Position numbers and translations under genes: made by a program
The notes under the pieces: generated by a model
Database searches by the model: none
What the model saw: only the letters and a program-made list of their open reading frames with translations
What the model was told of the DNA's origin: nothing
Part shown: positions 1 through 12,900 of the stretch, in pieces
Position numbering within the stretch: position 1 is the first letter of the stretch
Layout: each line of letters opens with the position of its first letter
Source of the DNA: Orbicella franksi
Taxonomy: Eukaryota
Direction: 5' to 3'
DNA length: 64,000 bases
Assembly (NCBI GenBank): GCA_964199315.1
Contig: OZ116709.1
Span: 22,382,001 to 22,446,000 of the forward strand

Positions 1-1083
1 ACCACAAAAAGGCCTTTAATCCCTGCGAAGCCGAAAAGAGCCCGAATTAAAAAGCTCCCGCGCCCGTATTAATTATAATGAGCTGGCCGAAAAAGGAGTC
101 CTCTGTTTTAGGGTTCACCCCCTAACTGAATACAGTCTGAAGGGTCATAATAAACCCGCCACTATATTAAATCAAACAAGCCGATGAACACGTTATTGTT
201 TTAAGGACCAGTAGAAACGTCATTGTATTTATAAAAAAAACCCTTAAAGTCAGCGTATAAAAAAGTCAAAAATAGAAAACTGTGTATATATTGTTCATTG
301 TGTATTCTCAAGGTTATTGTACATAAACGTCTAGTTGATGGTAACAATCTGAACTAAACTAAAAAACAAAAACAAAAATCATTTCCTCATTTTATCGAAA
401 CGTCTAAAAAAGAATGAATGAGGGGTTTAGAATGTGCACCCGGACCCAGACAGCATTTTCTGCTTCCAGCACAGGTGGCTTCGAGTACTAGTGGGTTTTA
501 CTGAAGCAATATTTTATAGTACTAATTACTTTTTCTCCCAATATTCATTCACTTACGTCAAAATCGAACAGTGCTTCTATATTTCAATTGAACATTAGTT
601 TAGGGTTTTATTACAATCCCATCTGAAACAAGGATTAAAAATTGATTTATGTTACTATCAGTACACACAACTTTAAGCGTATCTGATTGATTACCGGCGA
701 AAACATATAGACTTACTCCGGCTACACTATACATTTTAGAATTACAGCCTGTCGTAAGCTTGGGAATAATGTTCATATAATATCGCTGATCGAATTAAAA
801 AAAGTTTTCAGGGCATCGGAGCAACTCACGTTCAAAGGAAACCGAAAGAAGTTGACGTGAGAACTTCGAGAATTCACTGAACTTAGCTAATATCTATCCA
901 AATATTGACTTTCAGCTGAGTCAGGTTTACCCCAATCGATCAAAGTGCAGTAAATTAATTAAATACGTCCAAGATTACCTCGTTGACTAAAATAATGTTC
1001 AAGTGTCTGTAAAACTCCATAAATGACGGGTTTCAGCCAAGGAAGATCACAGTTCAACAGATTACGGCAGAACAGAGTGAGAC

Positions 1084-3939
1084 ATGAAGTTGGTGCAAGT
1101 ACTTCGGGGCATTATCTTCTTCACTGCAGTTGTCTCACTTGCTGCTGTGAGTGCTGAAGAAGAAAGGCTTACGCCTGACGAAGAACTCGGCGTGGTGAAT
1201 AACACCGAAGAGGTTGAAGAGGTCGAGAAGCCATCGTTCGACAATGCAGTGGATATACAAGAAGGTTAGATTTTATGATTTCTTTTTGTACATAACCTTA
1301 AGTTATACCAAGTTGATGAAAAACACAACTTGAACAAACGAGGTTAGGTGTCTTGCGGGATACGATAAGGATAACAGCACCGTCTGTATAGGTTTCAAGA
1401 CGGCCCTTTTTTTGCTCGGTACTGAACAATTGCTTTCACGTCTATTTTTCCAGAGAATTGTTTAAATCTAATTTCTTGACGAAGTAATTCATCGCTAATC
1501 TTACAATTGGGTGGCTAGGAAAAAGCCCATGATGTTTAAAAAGCCCTGCACGGTTGGTTGCGTCCCTGAATTGCCTTGAATTTGACAGGCACCTTTAATT
1601 TATTATTTCAAAAGGTAGAAAAATAACAAAGAGATGACAATAAACCAAAACGGAATGTCGATTGTTAACGATGAGGAAAATTTAGATCGATCTTGAACAA
1701 AGAATTTAAAAGATGTAAACATGACGTTTAATTTCAAAATGAATCATCTTTGACAAAGCTGTTGAGCATAGCTCAATCAAGTGTAAAGTCTACTAAGATC
1801 CTTTACAAAAATGCTTGGGAAACGATGGGTTTGGGGATCACAGTATAGTCCCTGAGCTGCTTAAGTTGTTTACTGCAAATAATCGTTTCTTAAAATTTTT
1901 CATCGCATGTTTATCGAAAATCGTAAATTACCACACTACTGATACATAGGGCCTTTATAGAATACTTTCAACTTTTATTGGATCTTTCGTTGTCATTTGA
2001 TGATTAGAATTCCCCTTTCTTCTCGTTTTTAACCCATGGATTGCGTAACCAACCTACGGGTTATACTGGTGGATAAGATTATGCAAAGCTAGAGTTGGTC
2101 GATCATATGTTAAACTTCCCATCGCAATTTCGCTCTTTTGCGGGCATATATATCGTTTGACATCTCTAGGAGCGAGTGTTGCGCTAAAAATGGAACTGTT
2201 AGTTCAAATACCTCAAATAAAATGGTTGTTAAAACTTCTGGTTAATTTGTCGGACAAGGAAAGTGTTGATGGCAGCTTTTTTTAATTGTGTTAAAATTTC
2301 TGGTTCATTGATTGGTCGGGGAAAGTATCCGGGCGTACGCCACGCAGCGGTGACGTAGACGCTGCGAGGAGACAAGGAAAGGGTCACGAAAAGGCTGGCT
2401 TATATCTGTCAGCTCTGATTGTCTCGTATAACTAGAACTGACTCCTTGCGGACCTACTTTATGTATGAAAACAAAACAAATTAAAAAAAACGTTAGGCAT
2501 GTCAGGCATCATTCACTGAGAAGTTTACAGGTTTGCTCATAGAGCTCATGTTTCAACACACAAACCGAAGTGTGTAAAATTAAATATCTTTCCACACACA
2601 ATAAGATTTTGTTTTTTATTTTGCAGATATAGCGAAAAGATCGCCGCGGTTTAGACCAAGACCTTATCATCTCCTGGGTAAGTGCCCATATGGCATGCGC
2701 AAGAGCCCTCGCTGTTGCGGTGGTAAATGGATTGACGACCCGTCAGTCAGAACGTGCTGTCGTGACCGCATCATTTTGACGAGCCTGGCCCCATTCTGCA
2801 AACGCATGTCTAAATGTGGTCGTCACTCGCTGTACAACCGTAAATATCAGAGATGCTGTAAAGGCCAAGTGATTCCCAGAAGCGTCAAGTGTGAACGGCT
2901 GCGCTGTAAAAAAGAACGCTACTACCCTTTTAATGAGCAATGCTGCAACGGCAGAGTCATCTCCAAACACGTGCCGTGCAATCTGTTCCCAACGCATTGT
3001 GGTGGGGTAAGCTATGATCCAAGTTTTCAGAAGTGTTGTTCTAATGGGGTGGTACCGAGACATATTCCCTGTCTGGCTGGAGTGCCTTGTGGACATGCTT
3101 TCTACAATCCTCAGCTCCAACAATGTTGCAGCGGTAAAGTCATCCCCAGACACGTGCCGTGCAATCTGTTCCCAGCGCCGTGTGGTGACAGTCCTCACTG
3201 TTGCGGAGGTAAATTGATCGACGACCCTTTAACCAAAACATGCTGTCGTGACCGCATCATTTTGACAAGCCTTGCCCCATTCTGCAAACGCATGTCTAAA
3301 TGTGGTCGTTACTCGCTGTACAACCGTAAATATCAGAAATGCTGTAAAGGCCACGTGATTCCCAGAACCGTCAAGTGTGAACGGTTACGCTGCAAACGAG
3401 AGCGCTACTACCCTTTCAATGAGCAATGCTGCAACGGTAAAGTCATCTCCAAACACGTGCCGTGCAATCCTTTCCCAATGCAGTGTGGTGGGGTTAGCTA
3501 TGATCCAACCTTTCAGAAGTGTTGTTCTAATCGGGTGGTGTCGAGACATATTCCCTGTCCGGCTGGAGTGCCTTGTGGACATGCTTTCTACGATCCTCGA
3601 CGCCAACAATGTTGCAAGGGACAAGTGCTCCCTAGATTCGCACCATGCATCCCGTTCAAGTGTGGCGGACATAACTACAACCCAAAGACTCATCAATGCT
3701 GCAACGGACAAATTTTCCCCAGGTTCCAGAGGTGTCCCGTCCCAGGCCCTCACCATCAATTTTGTGGGAGCAATTTCATCAATCCTTTTTTCCAACGATG
3801 TTGCTATGGAAACGCCGTGGCTCCCTTAAGATCAACATGTCAAAGGTGTGGTGCCTCGTTGTACGTCCCATTCGGCTTCCGCTGTTGCCATGGAACCCAA
3901 GTTCTTCCTGCATCTGTTCGGTGTGCTGTTTTTGGATAA
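1084..3939 (+). CDS. Galaxin-like secreted Cys-rich precursor, gene 1 (2 exons: 1084-1264, 2627-3939; about 497 aa)
   Basis: Exon 1 is a signal peptide plus Glu-rich stretch ending GAA G|GTTAG (phase 1). The acceptor ttttgcag at 2626 joins in frame to give D-I-A-K-R-S-P and runs into the 414-aa ORF of C-G-x-CC-x-C repeats. Signal, dibasic site and CC repeats match the coral galaxin architecture. Confidence 0.85.
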
Positions 3940-4040
3940 AGAACTCTAGACCTCCAACTTAGGTCTCTTCATGTCCATCAGACTGCATGGTTATGTATAT
4001 GTATGTTACGCACGTTGATTTCAATAGGATGAGTAATCAA

Positions 4041-4428
4041 AGGGACACTGTCATGATATATTGGCTTAAAACTGTTATAAATTCACGAAATGGTCCCTAA
4101 ATTTAAGTAATAAGAATTTAATTAGCACTAACTAAATGATTGAAAGCAATTTCTTGAAAAAAGTCCACACTGCAGCAACATTTTTTTCAAAATTTCAACG
4201 ATTTTCAAGCCAAACATGAACCTTTGAAAAACTGACATCCTGACGCTTTTTGAAAAACCCATATCGCAATCTGTTTCCATCCTCGCCATCGTTAGCCATC
4301 CTCACTTTGTAATGGGTTCCAATCATTTGCTGAGTACTGCTCTACAAAGTAAGACCATTATTTTTCAGCTTCCAAAGATCGAAATATGAGATTTACAAAA
4401 TCATGCTAAAAATGGTAAGAGTGTCCCT
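4041..4428. mobile_element. Non-autonomous DNA transposon, Kolobok-like termini
   Basis: Terminal inverted repeats AGGGACACT...AGTGTCCCT, flanked by TCAA and TTAA. Confidence 0.55.
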
Positions 4429-4926
4429 TTAATGGCTATTAATTAAATAATGGATTTTAATACAATTACAATGAAATGTACATCAATAATACAAGCTTAT
4501 CATTATTAATACAGGCTCGGTTGATAAACGATTTATTATATCGGATAAAAAACAGATTTTTTTCTTGAGGGACACAACACAGGATCCCGAGAGGGCAATT
4601 GCCCACTCGGATAGCCAATGAAATGATGATTTTTTTTAACATTTAGGTACACATTTTTACCTCAACAAAATCAAAAAGAGCATTCATTTAAAAGGTTTCT
4701 TTCAGTTTCTATTGCAATAGTTTATTGTTTAAACAGCCATAATATTACAATGATAACATGATGCTTACGGACCTACTCATTTTTTTTTTTTTTTTTTCAT
4801 TGCCTACAATATTAGTTATGCGGACAAAAGTCAGTTTTACCAAGAAAATGTGAACCTAAAATTAACATTGTAGGACCATTCCTACAATGTTAATTTGCGG
4901 CAGGGCCATTCTAAGGGAAAGACCAA

Positions 4927-5540
4927 AAGGTTTTTCAAATAACCTTACATTGGCCCCTTTTCCCTTTTAGCGCAACGTAAAATCAAAATCATCGCTAAGA
5001 AATATTGTAAGGATTTAGACATTAGGTTAGCCTTCTCTTCCCATAAGTTAAGTAACATGTATAGTGTGAACGACTCGATCCCTTATGCGCTCCGTTCCCA
5101 GGTGGCTTACAAATTCACACGTGCAGGATGTCATACCTGTTATGTCGCTGAAACCAGTAAGATATTTTGGCATCAGGGTTCGCGAGCACTTACTCTCGGA
5201 TCGCAATTCCCATATCTATAAACTTCTTCAGTCGTGTAAGAATCTACGCTCTTTTAATTGTTTTTCCATCTTAGACTCAGCTCTTACTAATTTCCAACTT
5301 AAGATCAAAGAAGCCCTTCACATTGAACGGGAAAGACCAGCGTTGAATAAACAAAACTCATACATTTTAATTTAACTGTAACTTTTTCACTATTTAAACT
5401 ATTATTCTACATTTTGTAATTTACACCTGCTTGTTACCTACTTTATATAAAGTCACTCACTTGTAAACATCCTTTAACTGAAGATGGATATTGAGTATCC
5501 GAAACATGTCTTGCAAATTTAAACGGTGTGTCGTCTTCTT
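4927..5540 (+). mobile_element. 3' remnant of a Penelope-like retroelement (GIY-YIG endonuclease, disrupted)
   Basis: Translation across a stop and a frameshift: PYIGPFS...VAYKFTRAGCHTCYVAETS / RVREHLLSDRNSHIYK...FSILDSA..FQLKIKEALHIERERPALNKQ, followed by an AT-rich 3' tail. Confidence 0.85.
5473..5517 (+). ncRNA. Minimal type I hammerhead-ribozyme-like motif in the Penelope 3' tail
   Basis: CTGAAGA (5478-5484), T, stem GGATA/TATCC, GAAA, palindrome ACATGT, then C at 5510 (GUC cleavage triplet). Stem I is weak. Confidence 0.65.
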
Positions 5541-6117
5541 TAAATGTTTGATTTCAATCTTATTGCTACGAAAATTTGGCAATATTGTATGTATGACAAA
5601 CAACTGTCTGTCAACCATGCTTAAACAAGGCCACAATTTTCCTTTGCAATCTCTCTAAGTCAGACGTAACTTTTTACGATGTAACTCTGACACCTGTTAG
5701 GCTTAATTGTTTTCTTTTTCCTATGGCTATTGTAAGTGTAAACTTAGAAATACCTGGCTAAATTGTTGCTGATATAAACATATATGTTGTGCCACTCAAA
5801 ATAAAAAGTCTCGAACTTCATTGTATGCTTTACGAAAAGTAGCAAACATGGAAAAAGGAGGCGTTACGTCTGTTTCGGAATCTGGTTGTGATTTTCTTCT
5901 TCTGAAGAAAGTCTTGCTTCTCAAGGTTGCTCAAGGTTCTTGTGTGTAAGGGACTTTGATTACTGGACTCCTAATAGGGGTGGCCGTGTAAAAGGTGGCC
6001 GTTCAATAGGGTTTCTATCGCAATGTTGTTTTTCAATGACATGATCTTCTGCTTTGCTTTTGAGCCAAACAGTTGGTATTTGCACTTTAGAGGAACAACC
6101 AAAAGGCTAGTTTCCAT

Positions 6118-6215
6118 CATCCTCGGAGACCCAGGGGCAGCTAGTCGGAAAGACGCGATAGTTTCCGAAAATATCGCGTCGTCCCGTCTAGCTGACCCTG
6201 GGTCTCCGAGGATGG
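6118..6215. mobile_element. Palindromic MITE with 8-bp target duplication (hAT-like)
   Basis: Inverted arms CATCCTCGGAGACCCAGGG / CCCTGGGTCTCCGAGGATG; GTTTCCAT at 6110-6117 and 6216-6223. Confidence 0.75.
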
Positions 6216-6667
6216 GTTTCCATAGGAGCGCTGTAGTCGCTACGATCACTGTTGTGGCAACGATCACTGGAGAGTTGTTTCTCTGTGATCTGAACTTTCG
6301 CTGAACTTTTTTGCAGCCATCGTAAAATAGTGGCTATGAGTCGTGTAAAATACAATCACTGCCGAATAAAAAAAGCTAAATATTGCATCTCAGAAGATAT
6401 AACAGCTGATTTCACCTGACCACGATTCATCTGACCGTTTCAATTCAATACTCTTACTTTACTAAAAGAGTGGCATGTTTTTTTTTTGTTCATGGGCTTT
6501 CCACTAAATGGAGTAAGTAAGGAACTGAACAAAAATTAAACTTAAAGTGGTACTATGATCAAATTTTTACCCATTGATATTTAAGGTGTATCACGTAGAG
6601 TTCCATGAAAGAATAAAAACGCCGTTTACCGTTTGCAAATATCTGCATTAGTTCCGGAATATCTACA

Positions 6668-7221
6668 TTAGTTTCCGAATTCTCGTTTCGCCTTTTTATT
6701 ATCCCGCATTCCGCAGAAATAACACACAGTGTTTCTCAATCCACCATGGTAACTTTCCACAAAAGACAGACAAATTATTGGACTGACAAAAGAAGGTAAG
6801 AATAACAAAAAGACTGCTATAAAGTAAAATGATCTCGGAAAAGCATAAGATGGTCTTCAGAAATGCATAAAACGCAACAAAGTATGTGGAATACTGAACA
6901 CAAATGTAAAACAGCACTAAGATTGCAACTCCCATTTGAGAAGCTTGTCTTCGCTTCTTTAAATAACGCTGGTTTGGTGAGGCTTGTTTCCCTCTTTTCA
7001 AGATTATCACTATCGCAGAGTATAAAACGGTTATTTTAATAACCGCTGTTCTTAAAAGAACAACGGAGCAAAATAACGGATGGTCACATGAAGCCAGTTA
7101 TATCCTTCGTCAGCTTCCTTGTTAGGAAAAATGATTTGTCGTTTACGCGACCACAATACGTGTTATTACCGAATTCACCAAGCTCCCAAGTTATCAACGA
7201 TGGAAAATAGAAAACATCTGC
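6668..7221 (-). pseudogene. Frameshifted fragment of a rhodopsin-class GPCR (TM4-ECL2 to C-tail)
   Basis: Frame-stitched translation: FYFPSLITWELGEFGNNTYC...FFPNKEADEGYNWLHVTI..ITVLYSAIVIILKR..KKRRQASQMGVAILVLFYICV / FVSPIICLSFVESYHGGLRN. Several frameshifts; no N-terminal half found. Confidence 0.7.
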
Positions 7222-8159
7222 TAAAGTCTCTGTAATTTCTAATAAAGAAAGACTGAATCAGCCAAACCAAAAGTAATGTTTTCTAAAGATAACATGACTG
7301 TGTACTTCATTCTTGTACTAAACAACACAATTACTGTGGGAGAAACTATTTTTTCTGTCTACTTTTACAAACAAATAATTTCTTTGACTTCTTAGAAAGG
7401 AAGTAATTTGACATTCCGATAGATTAAACTTCATTAAAACTCTATAGAAACATAGGCACGCAAGACGTGCAAGAGTTATTTTTTTCTGTGAAGTTTTGTA
7501 GATAGAAGCATTCATGGTACAGTAATGATTTGGTTAATTTGACAAGTTTTTTTGGTTGCGATGTTACATCGGTCATGGTAAGATAGCTAAATAGTAAGCC
7601 ATAAAATGTTTGACTGAACAAACTACAGTAATCTGACATGTCTCCAGATCAATGTAGTTATCATCTTATTTTCTAACGGGCAATTTGATTCGCTCTTTGA
7701 TACAACCCGCACTGTGATTGCTGTGACACCCGCACATGCATAACTCCCTCGCTCACCGATCACATAACCCTTCCAACCCCCAAGAGGAATTTTTGCTCAA
7801 AAATACTCAAGTTAATTTAGAGACTTTTTCGCATTTTACACAAGTCGTAAGTTTACCTTTTTACACAACACAACACAACACAACACAACACAATTTCACC
7901 GAAAAAAGAAAGAAAGAGAAAAAAAAATCTCTGACACGTTGAAAGTCTGATTTAATTAAATGCACTTTAACTTGGTGCCACGCAGTCTTCAAAGAACATT
8001 TGAACAGTTTTCATACTTTTTCCCTTAAAAAATATCGGGCTGAAATGAATGTCATCAAATAAAACTATTAAACCGCTACTGCAGAGACGTAAAAACCGTC
8101 CAGAAACAAAACCTTCTTTTTTGTTTAATATCCTGGAAACAGTAGCCGATAACTTGTCA

Positions 8160-8610
8160 GCTCTAATTGAATTTACTCCCATATAAAAAACAAAAGTGTT
8201 AAGTTACCATTTGTTACTAAAGATAGCAAACATCTCGTGGGAAAGAGTGATGACGATTCGTCCGCTCTAATTGAATTTACTCCCTTGTGAAAAACAAGAG
8301 TGTCACATTACACTTTGCAACTAAAAACCAAAAATGTCTCGTTATATTTGCATGCAACAAGAACAAAACAATTGTTACCCGCACTTACTATTGTAAACGT
8401 TAGAACTGTTTCAAATCTAAAGTCTCGTCCCCTCTAAAGCAAGTCCTAAGAACTAGACGCGACGATTCGTGACCTCTAATTGAATTTACTCCTTGTGAAA
8501 AACAAAAGTATCAAGTTACCTTTGTAACTAAAAATAAAAATATCTCGTTGCATTTGCATACTACTAACTCACGAACTGTTTCAAACCTCAAGGCTCATCT
8601 CGTTCATTTA
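8160..8610. repeat. Three imperfect direct repeats (core CTCTAATTGAATTTACTCC...AAAAACAA)
   Basis: Cores start near 8160, 8265 and 8474; copies 2 and 3 also share downstream sequence. Confidence 0.7.
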
Positions 8611-8812
8611 ACTAAAATCCTCAGCCTAACCCACAGAAAATGTCGAAGTAAACCCAATATATGAATACTTCCTCCTCTTTTATAGAAGAATAAATATGGC
8701 CGTTCTGAACTCTATCGGGATCAAATCTTCTCACATACCATTTACCTTTACAACAAGAAATTTGATTGGCTGTTTATAGTAGATCCAATCTGATTGGTGT
8801 GACATACATACA

Positions 8813-8860
8813 TCTCTCACTCACTCACTTACTCACTCACTCACTCACTCACTCACTCAC
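8813..8860. repeat. (CACT)n microsatellite
   Basis: Directly visible. Confidence 0.9.
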
Positions 8861-9614
8861 CCATTGACCCGTCCATAACATACCCGACGCGCCGACTAAG
8901 AGGTATTTTTTTTACAAAAAAATAACTCAAAAAGGGTTTCCCTGTTCAGTAGCGTTGAGTTAAGATAACAAGAGTGAATTTGATCAAATTAAAGTGGATA
9001 AGAGCACCAGCCCGAGATGAGAAAGTTAACATGATGGTTGCCTTTCGCTGAGCTTTACATTGTTTGTCCTCTCGATCTGTTCCCTAAAGGGCTTTCCACA
9101 AATATTACATAAACTTGCCTAAATATCTTTCCGGAAGTTATAAAAAAAGCTTCTAAATATCACAAATTTTTTTTGTAAATATCTCGAGAACCCCTCTAAA
9201 TATCTCTTATTTTTGTACGTTTTAAAATATATCTATTTTGAATCTCTTAGACAAAATTTTATTGCAGTAGTAGTAGTTGGGCAGGAAGATTCAGGCGCTT
9301 CGATGTTACCAGCATCCGTCATTTTGGAATTGCTGCTTTGGCGTTTTTAGTGATATGGAATACATTCTTTGAGGGGAGATTGATGATCTGGATTGTTTCT
9401 GGCATAGAACTGAGTATTAATTGTTTCAAGAAAATAGCAAGAAAAGCACAGGGCTCAGCCAAAGAAGCTATAAATATTTCTCAATATCCCTAAAATTTCT
9501 AAATATTTTAATAGGTTCTAAATATCTCGCAAACTTCTAGATATCCCTAAAAATATCCGGACATTTGTGCCGAAAGGCCTATGACGTGACCTTCCACCAA
9601 GGTAGCAGCGTTTT

Positions 9615-9920
9615 TGAGAATCCGTCACGAAAACGAAGCTCTTCGAAAACGCTCTTCAAACCGGAGGGATTTGAAAACCCGTACTTTTCGTTTTCGTGTG
9701 GTCAGAAAACACTTTGAAAACGGAGCTTTTCGAAAACGATGTCTTCACGATGATCACGTGATTTCCTTGAGCGAGTTTTCCTCAAACACAAATCCAAAAT
9801 GACCGGTGATTGTTGCCTGTCTAAATTCCTCCGGCGTAGTGTGGACGGTAAACATTTGATCCGTTTCAGAGTGAAACCTCCGTTTTCAAATTCGTCCGGC
9901 GTAGTGTGGGCAGGGCCTAA
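9615..9920. mobile_element. MITE family copy 1, 5' truncated (other copies about 37170-37525 and 61541-61818)
   Basis: Shared internal sequence ATCCGTCACGAAAACG...CAAACACAAATCCAAAATGACCGGTGATTG...CCGGCGTAGTGTGG. Confidence 0.8.
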
Positions 9921-12900
9921 TAGTGGCACCGGACTGTGTCCTGCGGGAGTTAAACTCTTTTCTTGGGCCGGGAAAGACTTTCTTTTGTTCCCATGAATTT
10001 GCATGCCTGCTGACCACATGTCCTGATCTCACACTTTCCGTGCTTGAGACCAGTTGTCCTTTTACTCAGATCCTTGATTGGTGTGTTCGTTTGATGCAAT
10101 TAATAGAATCAGCGAAGATTTATCTGAAGCAACTATAAGCGATCGAGTGAAAGAAGCAACGAATATTCGAACGATTGAATGAAAATGCAAAAGAATGAAA
10201 CAATTAAACCACAGAAGTAACAAATGAACTAATGAAAGAGTTAATGTTTTTTTCTGACAGTATATTTTTTTTTAACATTACGTACAATCCAATGCATCGC
10301 ATGCAATACAGTACTAGCAATAGTTTTACAATACAACACTTACTATTGTGATTATATTCCTCAGTATTGCATTGCGCATCTCTACTGCGCACGATTTTCG
10401 CGTAATTAGCGCTCTCACATGAGCGCGTGCACTTACACACGTTAGAGATTTCCCTCAAGCTAACCTCGAAAGCGAAATAAATGCTCGTTTTCTAAGTTCT
10501 TAAACGAGCATGGTGACCTTTATTTTTTTGCATCATTTTGGTGGACAAATCACCCGCTTTTAGTGGAAAAAATTAAGAAAAAAAAATTGTTCGGAAGGAA
10601 AATTCGATATAGCTAAAAGAGTGAACAAAACCGTTACTCGAAAATGCGAATTATGACCTCGAAAACAACGATTCCAGGAACGTTTGAGTCAAAGACGTTT
10701 AGAATTGAGTGATTTTTTCATAAATTATAAATTACATTGTTCCAAGTTCCCGAGACTTTATACCTATCAAGATTTTTTTCAAGTACTTTTTTAGTAACCT
10801 TTGCTTTCAGCTACCGCAAAATGTAACGTGAACTGATGAAATAACGCGCATGGTTAGGCATAAATGGGATAAGACTGGCCCATCATATCACTTAAGCGAG
10901 CATGGTGAAATATCCTTTTTATGGTATTTTTTGAGACAGTGCTTGGTAGGGAATATTCAGGGAAAGTTTCAAAAAAATTGTTTTGCAACTTTTATTTCTG
11001 AGGAATCACCTTATACAGTCGGCTTACTACATTACTTACATTACATTGCTAGACAATACATAACTTACAATGTCTTACAATTTTTTTTGACATTACAATC
11101 AAGTACGTCGTCTGCTATGTACTAGCAGTACATTACTTGCAATAATTTTACAACACAGCACTTTCTAAGAGTAGGCTTCTTCAATAACTTACGCTACATT
11201 TCTAAACAATACTTACAATACATTACAAAGGAAAACTCGCAATTCACTAATTGAGCCTTCCTTCCTTCCTTCGATCCGCAACATACAGTGCGGACCTCGA
11301 ACTCGGTTAGTTAGAGGTATATACATATAAAAGAGTTAATGAAAACGATAGTTACAAATTACAAATTTAGTAAAAAATTTTAAAAAATCAAGTCAAGGGG
11401 TCAACTGACGAGTCAAAAATAAAGTGAACAAATCATCAATTCAACCAACTTACTGGTTGTGAGCAGCACGGTTAATGTGGTTGAGTTACCATTTCATGAT
11501 CGATTGTTGAAGGGAAACCTCACCTACTGTGCCAGAACTCTGGGCGTCGCCTCCTTGGTTTTTGCCAGGAGTGATGACAGAAAAATGCTTCGACGACATC
11601 CTTATATCATCCTAATATCAGAGGGAATTTCTAGCAAATTCTTCGCCTTTCCGTGACCGAGCCTGTTAGTTGTGGTTATTAGCGGCAACTTGTTCTACTG
11701 ACGTGATCAGTTTGCGGTCCCTTTCACTATCTTTACATACTGATCGACAAGGTTGACAATATTAACTTTGTTCGTTATATCGGAAAGTTGGCCACTGTGT
11801 TTAGTATTGTTCATGTATGGATTTATAAACGAATATCTGTTTTTTTTTTTTTGCCTCTGAAAGAGGGCTGTCAGTAATCGGTCTAAATCATAAATTGGAC
11901 ACGGGAAGTTTTTATTTCCGACCGGAGCCCGGATAGTTTTTAAGAAGAATGACAAAACTCCTGTGTACAATAGAACTTTTACTGGTTTGCTAGGTTTTTG
12001 TAGCTCATTAAAAATTGATTTGACCAAGTTTGAGTCAATTTTCTAGTAAAATCAAAAGATACCGTTTAAGCATGTTTCAAATAAAAGGCACAGTCGCATT
12101 TTGAATAATTTTTTTCTTGACGTAAATGGTATGGAGCATCAATCAAGTGAGTTAAGTGTTTACGAACGTAACAGTCTGGAAAAAAAGGCAAAACTCTATG
12201 AGTTTCTATACATTGTAACTTAAATAAAAACGCCATAGAACTTAAAGCGTCATGCCTTTGTTTCGCCAACACGAAAGTGATCTGTTGAGAAGTAGTGTCA
12301 CTGACTTACTACAGTATATTGGACTATACGTGTTGATGCAAACTTTTAATTCTGTGTTGAAATTAAATAGTAATTGTATTCCAGACAGAAATTTCGTTGC
12401 TTGCTTTAAATCCGGTTACAAAATTAAATTTACAATTTTCTTTGCAATTTTTGGACTCGAGTGCTCTTCAAAGTTAACGAATTAATATTTTTGTTGACGT
12501 AGAATTTACGAGATCATCATTAAATGATACGAGAGTTTACAAACGTGATTGACTTAAAAGAGAAACAAGAAACATATGATATTGTTATATGGGTTTTGGG
12601 TTTGACACAAACTCTACTTCATTGCGTAGGTGGTTGAGTAAACTCAGTGATAGAGGCTGCTTCAGATAGCTTTTCAGTTTGTTTCATTTCGGTCTGAATA
12701 GAACCAGGACACAATGTGCTTGATATTATCCTTCATCCGTGAAGGGTCCTAAAATATATTTGCGTGGGCACGCTCACGACCTCTAAAATAAGGATCTGAT
12801 GCAATGTGCATGCGCCGAGCAATATTGGTGACAAACGCAAAAAATGCTGGTGTTTCAGTCCAGAATACAGTTTGAAAGGACTGAAAGAGACCGTTTCGCA

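Noticed and set aside
1313-1342. Possible 30-nt phase-1 microexon (VDEKHNLNKR) in gene 1
   Set aside because: The upstream intron would be only 48 nt and the acceptor (AAG) is weak.
2743-3829. Long alternative-frame and antisense ORFs over galaxin-like gene 1 (similar ones at 19543-22156)
   Set aside because: Shadows of the repetitive Cys/Gln/Pro codon pattern; they recur with the repeat period and have no independent features.
8160-8610. CRISPR-like or array interpretation of the spaced repeats
   Set aside because: Eukaryotic context, only three degenerate copies, non-unique spacers and no cas genes.
11400-12500. Cluster of 65-106 aa ORFs on both strands with some splice-like signals
   Set aside because: No recognisable motif and no consistent exon chain; may be a decayed gene or transposon, but unsupported.
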